A stretch of DNA of 64,000 nucleotides, from the NCBI GenBank assembly GCA_963714975.1, contig CAVQQD010000002.1:800001-864000 (forward strand), in the 5' to 3' direction. A model generated the notes under the pieces. That model made no database searches, was not told where the DNA came from, and was given only the letters and a program-made list of their open reading frames with translations. The stretch's first letter is position 1. Each line of letters starts with the position of its first letter. Source of the DNA: an uncultured Gammaproteobacteria bacterium (GTDB lineage Bacteria > Pseudomonadota > Gammaproteobacteria > JAURND01). Positions 58,026-64,000 of the stretch are shown here, piece after piece. A program made the position numbers and the translations under genes.

Positions 58026-58628
58026 ATGGATAGAATTGATGAAATTTTACATTATTGGTTTGGTCATATTGAACAAACTGCCTTACCCTCAGAACATCGA
58101 ACCAGAGTTTGGTTTAGCGGTGACCCAGGGGTTGATGCAGAGATCCGAGAAAAATTTTATGATGATTTTGTCAAAGCAGTTCATGGGGATTATGCAGAAT
58201 GGACGCATACTGCGCGTGGTTCTTTATCTTTGATTATTTTGTTTGATCAATTTTCTCGCCATATTTATCGAGGTACGGCACTAGCCTTAGATCAAGACCA
58301 GAAAGCTTTAGATGTGTGCTTGAAAGGGATTGATGCTAAACACGATCATATGCTCAGTTTAATTGAACGAGTTTTTTTCTACTTCCCTTTAATGCATACG
58401 GAAAATGCTGAAATGCAAGCTTTATCGTTGCGGGCCTATGATATGTTGCTGAACCTCTCTTTTTCTGAAACACGTCCCATGTTTGAGAAATTCTTAGAGC
58501 AGGCTACAACAAACCATGAAGTTATTTCGCGTTTTGGGCGATTCCCACAACTTAACGAGATACTTAACCGTACTTCTACGTTAGAAGAATTAGAGTATTT
58601 GAAAAGTAAACAAGATCACTCCCCCTGA
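58026..58628 (+). CDS. DUF924 family protein
   Basis: IILFDQFSRHIYR, FFYFPLMHTE, RFGRFPQLNEILNRTST. Confidence 0.88.
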   Translation: MDRIDEILHYWFGHIEQTALPSEHRTRVWFSGDPGVDAEIREKFYDDFVKAVHGDYAEWTHTARGSLSLIILFDQFSRHIYRGTALALDQDQKALDVCLKGIDAKHDHMLSLIERVFFYFPLMHTENAEMQALSLRAYDMLLNLSFSETRPMFEKFLEQATTNHEVISRFGRFPQLNEILNRTSTLEELEYLKSKQDHSP

Positions 58629-58683
58629 GCGGGGGAGCAATTATATAGTATCCAGCACAGGCCAGACGCAAGCAGCTACTTCA

Positions 58684-58866
58684 CTATTGTGATGCGCCAG
58701 TTGAATCTGTTGATTGAGTGGTGGTGGTAGAGGTTGTAGCAGCTGGTTGAGTAGAAGTAGCTGGTTGAGTAGTAGTGGTTTCACTTGTAGTTTCTTTTGG
58801 CTTGCAAGCGCTAATGCCAACTACTAATAATGATGCTGCAAATAAACCAACAATAATTTTTTGCAT
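58684..58866 (-). CDS. Small Thr/Ser-rich lipoprotein
   Basis: Lipobox ISAC followed by a low-complexity TTTQPA tail; GGGAG RBS. Confidence 0.75.
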   Translation of the reverse strand: MQKIIVGLFAASLLVVGISACKPKETTSETTTTQPATSTQPAATTSTTTTQSTDSTGASQ

Positions 58867-59082
58867 GATGTACTCCCTGGATTGTGTTGTTTGAGATTTT
58901 ACTTTTTTCCGCGCAAAGAAACAGTATCGCGTCTTTGACCCTGTGGATAGTAAGGGTCAGTTAGAGTAAAGTCAAGGGTTTCGCTAGCTTAAATACTCAT
59001 CATGCCGCAGTTCTTCAGGACTTTTTTCATTATCAAGAAGTCTAGGAAGTGAGAGTTTTATGACAAATAATCATTTTTCTTG

Positions 59083-59110
59083 TTGACTCTATCAAAAATT
59101 CCTGTACATT
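59083..59110 (+). promoter_or_regulatory. Putative sigma70 promoter for the DEAD-box helicase
   Basis: TTGACT, 16-bp spacer, TACATT. Confidence 0.4.
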
Positions 59111-59154
59111 AACTTCTCGATTTTCAATATTCTTTGCACCTTATCAGGAAAATT

Positions 59155-60378
59155 ATGATTCACTTTCAAACGCTGGGTTTACCTCAGCAACTTATGTATT
59201 CTCTCGATCAAATGAAATTCATTCGACCAACACCTATTCAATCACAAGCAATTCCACTTGCACTGCAAGGAAAAGATATTTTAGGTTCCGCTCAAACGGG
59301 TACAGGTAAAACCGGGGCTTTTGGTATTCCTCTCATCACGCGTTTAATTAGCCATAAACATGGATCTGCTTTAGTGCTGACCCCAACTCGTGAGCTTGCC
59401 ACCCAAGTTATGCAAATGTTAAAACAGATGCTCGGTAAAAATAGTTCGATTAAAACCGCCCTAATTATTGGGGGGGAACCCATACTGAAGCAAATTCAAC
59501 AGCTTAAGGTAAAGCCACGTTTAATTATTGGCACCCCAGGGCGTATCAATGATCTTTTAGCGCGTGGTTCTTTGGTTTTAGGTGAGGCTGGTTTCTTAGT
59601 CTTGGACGAAACTGACCGTATGCTTGATATGGGTTTTGGTGTGCAGTTGGAGAAAATCTTTAAACATTTACCACAACAACGCCAAACTTTGATGTTTTCT
59701 GCAACATTGCCTGCGGGTATTGTGAAATTATCAGCTAAATATCTTAAAGATCCTGTGCGAGTATCCATAGGCTCTTCTATACAGCCTGCAACTAAAATTA
59801 AACAAGAAACTATTCGCACTTCAGATGCTGCAAAATACGATGAATTAGTGACTCAGTTACAGCAGCGTACAGGCTCTGTTTTGGTTTTTGTGAAAACAAA
59901 GCATGGTGCTGAAAAATTAGCCCTTAGATTACGCCGCGAAAATCACAGTGTGGATGCTCTCCATGGTGATTTGCGTCAAAATAAACGCGAACGGGTGATT
60001 AATGCATTTAGAGATCAAAAGCGTCCTCCTCGTATTTTGGTGGCAACTGATATTGCTGCGCGCGGCTTAGATATTCCTCATATTGAACACGTCGTGAATT
60101 ATGATTTGCCGCAATGTCCTGAAGATTATATTCATCGTATTGGACGTACAGGACGTGCTGGTGCTGAAGGTAATGCAGTTAGTTTAATTACTTCACAAGA
60201 TGCCGCAAAATGGAAAGCTATTCATAGAGTAATCAATCCAGGTGAAAAGATCACTGGTGACACATCAGATTTCAATCGATCCAATAGACGCGCTCGTCCT
60301 GCTGTCAAAAAAGCTCAAAAGCCAATCGGTAAAAAGCCATCCTCTGCACGGCGTCATGGAAAAAAACGGTCTTCATAA
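59155..60378 (+). CDS. DEAD-box RNA helicase (DETD variant, RhlE-like)
   Basis: PTPIQ, AQTGTGKT, PTRELA, DETD, SAT, ARGLD, HRIGRTGR. Confidence 0.93.
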   Translation: MIHFQTLGLPQQLMYSLDQMKFIRPTPIQSQAIPLALQGKDILGSAQTGTGKTGAFGIPLITRLISHKHGSALVLTPTRELATQVMQMLKQMLGKNSSIKTALIIGGEPILKQIQQLKVKPRLIIGTPGRINDLLARGSLVLGEAGFLVLDETDRMLDMGFGVQLEKIFKHLPQQRQTLMFSATLPAGIVKLSAKYLKDPVRVSIGSSIQPATKIKQETIRTSDAAKYDELVTQLQQRTGSVLVFVKTKHGAEKLALRLRRENHSVDALHGDLRQNKRERVINAFRDQKRPPRILVATDIAARGLDIPHIEHVVNYDLPQCPEDYIHRIGRTGRAGAEGNAVSLITSQDAAKWKAIHRVINPGEKITGDTSDFNRSNRRARPAVKKAQKPIGKKPSSARRHGKKRSS

Positions 60379-60413
60379 TACAGTAGGCGTTCCTAAATGT
60401 TTGTGGAATAATA

Positions 60414-60448
60414 AGCTCTTTCGGTGGGAAGAGCTGCTGTTTTTTTTT
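60414..60448 (+). terminator. Intrinsic terminator
   Basis: AGCTCTTTC-GGTG-GGAAGAGCT followed shortly by a T-run. Confidence 0.5.
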
Positions 60449-60468
60449 ATTAATGAGAGGAAGTTGCG

Positions 60469-61500
60469 ATGGATGATCAAAGAAAAAAAGCGTTAGATAT
60501 GGCGCGTAGCCAAATTGAGCGTCAATTTGGGAAAGGTTCTGTAATGCTCTTGGGTGAGGGCGGCATTGCAAAAGACATTGAATTTATTCCCACAGGCTCT
60601 CTAGGCTTAGATATTGCTTTAGGGATTGGTGGCTTACCCAAGGGACGGGTAGTAGAAATTTTTGGTCCTGAATCTTCGGGGAAAACTACTTTAGCTCTGC
60701 AAGTAATAGCCCAATCGCAAAAGCAAGGGGGTACCGCTGCTTTTGTAGATGCAGAACATGCATTAGATTCTCAATATGCACGCAAGCTCGGAGTTAATAT
60801 TGATGAGCTTTTAGTTTCCCAGCCGGATACAGGGGAACAAGCGCTTGAAATTACTGATATGTTGGTACGCTCAGGCGCCATCGATGTAATTGTCATTGAT
60901 TCCGTAGCAGCACTGACTCCAAAAGCAGAAATTGAAGGAGAAATGGGCGATCAGCATATGGGATTACAAGCTCGTTTAATGTCTCAAGCTTTACGTAAAC
61001 TCACAGCCAATATTAAGCGCTCTAATACTCTGGTCATCTTTATCAACCAAATTCGCATGAAAATTGGGGTTATGTTTGGTAACCCAGAAACCACAACAGG
61101 GGGCAATGCACTTAAATTCTATGCTTCAGTTCGTTTGGATATTCGACGCACAGGGGCTATTAAGCGAGGTGACGAAATCCTTGGCAATGAAACGCGAGTG
61201 AAAGTGGTCAAGAATAAAGTAGCGCCTCCCTTTCGACAAACTGATTTCGACATTTTCTATGGCCAAGGTATATCTCGTGAAGGAGAAATTCTTGATTTGG
61301 GTGTGTCCACAGGTTTGCTCGAAAAATCAGGTACTTGGTATAGTTATGGTGATAAGCGACTAGGCCAAGGCAGGGAAAACACCTGCCAGTTTTTGCGCGG
61401 TAATGCCGACATAGCGGCTGGGATTGAAGCTAAGATTCGAGCTAAACTCCTCCAACCTGCCACTCAGGTAGTTACGGAAGAGCTTGAGCCAGTTGAGTAG
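60469..61500 (+). CDS. recA: Recombinase RecA
   Basis: [42 protein letters not shown]. Confidence 0.99.
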   Translation: MDDQRKKALDMARSQIERQFGKGSVMLLGEGGIAKDIEFIPTGSLGLDIALGIGGLPKGRVVEIFGPESSGKTTLALQVIAQSQKQGGTAAFVDAEHALDSQYARKLGVNIDELLVSQPDTGEQALEITDMLVRSGAIDVIVIDSVAALTPKAEIEGEMGDQHMGLQARLMSQALRKLTANIKRSNTLVIFINQIRMKIGVMFGNPETTTGGNALKFYASVRLDIRRTGAIKRGDEILGNETRVKVVKNKVAPPFRQTDFDIFYGQGISREGEILDLGVSTGLLEKSGTWYSYGDKRLGQGRENTCQFLRGNADIAAGIEAKIRAKLLQPATQVVTEELEPVE

Positions 61501-61503
61501 TAA

Positions 61504-61607
61504 GCCCCTCTCCCCAACCTTCTCAAATCCCCCTCATCCGGCCTGCAGCCACCTTCTCCCACAAGGGGAGAAGGAATAATGCCGGGGGTTAATGGGGAGA
61601 GAGGGGG
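61504..61607. repeat. Nested CCCTCTCCC-type palindromic repeat
   Basis: GCCCCTCTCCCCAACC...CCCTCATCCGGCCTGCAGCCACCTTCTCCCACAAGGGGAGAAGG...GGGGAGAGAGGGGG. Confidence 0.75.
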
Positions 61608-62028
61608 CTTGGGATATTCATATGCTCTGCGCTTGTTGGCACGCCGAGAACACTCAGAGCATGAATTACGGCAAAAACTTTTGCGACGGAAGTTCCCCCT
61701 TGATGAAATTAAGCAAGTCATTAAAGAATTAGCAAGTCAAAATTGGCAAAGTGACACGCGTTTTGCCCAAGCTTATTTTAACAGTCGAGTCCAACAAGGC
61801 TTTGGACCCGTTAAAATTGCCTACGAATTACGGCAGCGGGGTATTGCGAATGACCTGATTAATCAAGTCATTATGCGTGATGAGGCATTTTGGCAGGAAC
61901 AACTAGATTGGGTGTGGGATAAAAAATATTCGACACGAGAAGAAGCATCACCCCAACAAATTCGGTTCCTATTATCACGAGGCTTTACTCAAGAGCACAT
62001 TAAGAAATTATTTTATGAAAAGCAATGA
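61579..62028 (+). CDS. recX: Regulatory protein RecX
   Basis: [42 protein letters not shown]. Confidence 0.93.
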   Translation: MPGVNGERGGLGYSYALRLLARREHSEHELRQKLLRRKFPLDEIKQVIKELASQNWQSDTRFAQAYFNSRVQQGFGPVKIAYELRQRGIANDLINQVIMRDEAFWQEQLDWVWDKKYSTREEASPQQIRFLLSRGFTQEHIKKLFYEKQ

Positions 62029-64000
62029 TTTACGGAAATTATTTTTAGAATATTTTCAAAAACACCATCATACTATTGTGCCTAGCAGCTCCTTGGTCCC
62101 AGTAGACGATCCTACTCTATTATTTACCAATGCAGGGATGGTGCAATTTAAAAATTTCTTTCTGGGTAAGGAGCAGCCTTCCTATGTGCGAGCAGTAAGC
62201 TCGCAACGTTGTGTTCGTGCCGGTGGCAAACATAATGATCTAGAAAATGTTGGTTATACTGCGCGTCATCACACCTTCTTTGAGATGCTCGGTAACTTTA
62301 GTTTTGGTGATTATTTTAAGCGCGAAGCTATACATTTAGCATGGACCTTCCTCACTGAGGTACTACAAATTCCCACGGAAAAATTATGGGTTACGGTCTT
62401 TCGAGAAGATGATGAAGCGGCTGACATTTGGTTAAAAGAAATAAAATTAGATTCTTCACGTCTATCTCGTTGTGATGAAAAAGATAATTTTTGGTCTATG
62501 GGAGATACGGGTCCCTGTGGACCTTGTACTGAAATTTATTATGATCATGGGCCTAGCATTCCAGGCGGACCTCCAGGGAGTGAAACAGAAGGCGATCGTT
62601 ATGTGGAAATTTGGAACTTAGTTTTTATGCAATTTGACCGTGCAGCTGATGGCGCCATGACCCCATTGCCGAAGCCTTGTGTAGATACAGGTATGGGTCT
62701 GGAACGTGTTGCTGCCATTATGCAGGGAGTACATAGCAATTATGACATTGACAGCTTTCGTTATTTGATCCAGGCTGTTGCTGACCTTACAACAGAGCGA
62801 GCAATAGCTGCGACAGCCCATGCCACCTCTTTACGTGTGATTGCTGATCATATTCGTTCCTGTGCATTCCTTATCACTGATGGGATTACCCCTTCTAACG
62901 AAGGAAGAGGTTATGTATTACGGCGTATCATTCGCCGAGCTATCCGTCATGGTCATAAGTTAGGGTTAAAAGAACCTTTTTTCTTTCGCTTAGTCTCTCC
63001 TTTAGTCACTCAAATGGGCGAAGCTTATCCTGAGTTAATCAAAGCGCAGCCCATGATAGAGCGCGTACTTCAGCACGAAGAAATCCAGTTTGGGGAAACC
63101 CTAGATCAGGGGATAAAGGTGCTTGAACGTTCACTGTATAAGCTGAGAGATAAAATAATTCCGGGTGAGGTGGTTTTTTTGTTATATGACACCTATGGCT
63201 TTCCCCCTGATCTTACAGCAGATACGGCTCGTGAGTTGGGTTTAGAGATTGACTATGCTGGCTTTGAGGTCGAAATGGAAAAGCAGCGACAAAAATCGCA
63301 AGCAGCAAGTCAATTTTCCGCAGATTACCGTGCAAGATTACAGATCCCTGGGGAAACAGAATTTACGGGTTATGAGCGGCTCAGTGATGAGGGGATGGTG
63401 GTAGCCCTAGTACAAGGAGAAAAATTAATTGAGGAATTATCTCCCGGAGATCAAGGAATGGTAGTCCTTGATCGAACTCCTTTTTATGCCGAATCGGGAG
63501 GTCAGGTGGGCGATCAAGGGAGCTTTTATTTTGAAGGAGGGTGTTTCAAGGTTACTGATACTCAGAAGCAAGGCTTAGTGTTCCTGCACTTGGGTCAGCT
63601 TGAATCCGGTATTTTAAGAGTGGGCGATAAAGTCAGTGCCGAAGTAAGTGCCAGACGTCATGCCATCATGCTAAACCACTCTGCCACCCATTTATTACAT
63701 GCTGCCTTGCGGCATTTATTAGGCGAACAGGTAATACAAAAAGGCTCCTTGGTTGAAGAGAAGCGCTTACGTTTTGATTTTTCACATTTTGCGCCTTTGA
63801 CGGCTGAGGAAATCCAAGAGCTAGAGTGGCTTATCAATCAGCAGATTCGGGCAAATTTGCTATGCCATACGCAGTTTATGTCTGCAAAAGAAGCTAAAGA
63901 GACCGGAGCATTGGCTCTTTTTGGGGAAAAATATGGGGAAGAGGTCCGGGTGTTGAGTATGGGGAAATTTTCCGTCGAACTATGTGGAGGTACTCACGTT
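62015..64000 (+). CDS. alaS: Alanine-tRNA ligase (3' end runs off the window)
   Basis: Manual translation from ATG 62015: [47 protein letters not shown]. Confidence 0.98.
   Translation, partial: MKSNDLRKLFLEYFQKHHHTIVPSSSLVPVDDPTLLFTNAGMVQFKNFFLGKEQPSYVRAVSSQRCVRAGGKHNDLENVGYTARHHTFFEMLGNFSFGDYFKREAIHLAWTFLTEVLQIPTEKLWVTVFREDDEAADIWLKEIKLDSSRLSRCDEKDNFWSMGDTGPCGPCTEIYYDHGPSIPGGPPGSETEGDRYVEIWNLVFMQFDRAADGAMTPLPKPCVDTGMGLERVAAIMQGVHSNYDIDSFRYLIQAVADLTTERAIAATAHATSLRVIADHIRSCAFLITDGITPSNEGRGYVLRRIIRRAIRHGHKLGLKEPFFFRLVSPLVTQMGEAYPELIKAQPMIERVLQHEEIQFGETLDQGIKVLERSLYKLRDKIIPGEVVFLLYDTYGFPPDLTADTARELGLEIDYAGFEVEMEKQRQKSQAASQFSADYRARLQIPGETEFTGYERLSDEGMVVALVQGEKLIEELSPGDQGMVVLDRTPFYAESGGQVGDQGSFYFEGGCFKVTDTQKQGLVFLHLGQLESGILRVGDKVSAEVSARRHAIMLNHSATHLLHAALRHLLGEQVIQKGSLVEEKRLRFDFSHFAPLTAEEIQELEWLINQQIRANLLCHTQFMSAKEAKETGALALFGEKYGEEVRVLSMGKFSVELCGGTHV

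Noticed and set aside
60379-60468. LexA box upstream of recA
   Set aside because: No CTGT-N8-ACAG palindrome is visible.

Overview
Gammaproteobacterial chromosome segment. Gene content and order (fabV, gatCAB divergent from mreBCD, lone trpR, eukaryote-type cystathionine beta-synthase, many palindromic intergenic repeats) suggest a Legionellales/Coxiellales-like organism; this is inference. From about 23.6 kb to the end the window is mostly housekeeping: comEC, tRNA-fMet-rimP-nusA-infB-rbfA-truB, serA/serB, gatCAB, mreBCD-yhdP-tldD, HU, tRNA-Val/Asp, ppiD, holB, recA-recX-alaS. The rimP-truB operon carries a dense cluster of frameshifts that is most likely a local sequencing/consensus artefact. 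The most interesting part is an accessory locus at about 4.9-23.6 kb. On the + strand it has a PAS-PAS-GGDEF-EAL protein, a cupin and a FadL-type channel. Converging on these is a - strand run: beta-barrel, MshEN-GT2 synthase, ManC, cation/H+ antiporter, two cupin/heme-oxygenase-like diiron (HDO) fusion paralogues with reciprocally degenerate domains, a PLP aminotransferase and a PrnA-like tryptophan halogenase. This looks like an undescribed halogenated-indole biosynthetic cluster linked to a c-di-GMP sensing and exopolysaccharide output module. A cluster of small general-stress genes (CsbD-like, three ElaB/YqjD paralogues, YqjE/K-like, a hydrophilin) follows it.
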